Of a DNA stretch of 64,000 bases, positions 63,881 through 64,000 are shown piece by piece. Both the position numbers and the translations under genes were made by a program. The number at the start of each line of letters is the position of its first letter. Position 1 is the stretch's first letter. This stretch comes from Eledone cirrhosa (Eukaryota). The stretch spans positions 1-64,000 of the forward strand of contig CAXHJY010000743.1 of assembly GCA_964016885.1 (NCBI GenBank), read 5' to 3'. The notes under the pieces were generated by a model. The model searched no databases and was not told the DNA's origin. It saw only the letters and a program-made list of their open reading frames with translations.

Positions 63881-64000
63881 CTAAACTATGCTTCTAGGTC
63901 AGGAATTGCTAACAACAGATCTCTAATCCCCCCCCCCCTGCACTCTAAATTCCTCACTATAATCATTGTTAATTCTAAACTTGCTGACTGCTCCTCTTTA

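Overview
AT-rich animal genomic DNA, probably an octopus or other cephalopod (inferred from the repeat landscape). The first ~29.3 kb is mostly (TA)n/(TATG)n microsatellite studded with mobile elements: a 1.1-kb near-perfect palindrome with two Type I hammerhead ribozymes (Penelope-like pseudo-LTRs), 5'-truncated RTE LINEs, the 3' end of an R4/Dong-type retrotransposon, a CR1-clade LINE, a duplicated tRNA-derived SINE, a DD37D (maT) transposon and a probable internally deleted RTE. Four terminal coding exons of an SLC38A7-like transporter lie on the + strand (30033-38503), so the repeat block is probably one large intron. An intron-poor UBXN6 lies on the - strand (52140-48566). Upstream of it, a candidate three-exon, 145-aa membrane-protein gene (59833-52300) stops 159 nt before the UBXN6 ATG, suggesting a bicistronic or interleaved locus. 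The long Y/I/M/C/V ORFs in the supplied track are microsatellite artefacts. All assignments are by eye, with no database search.
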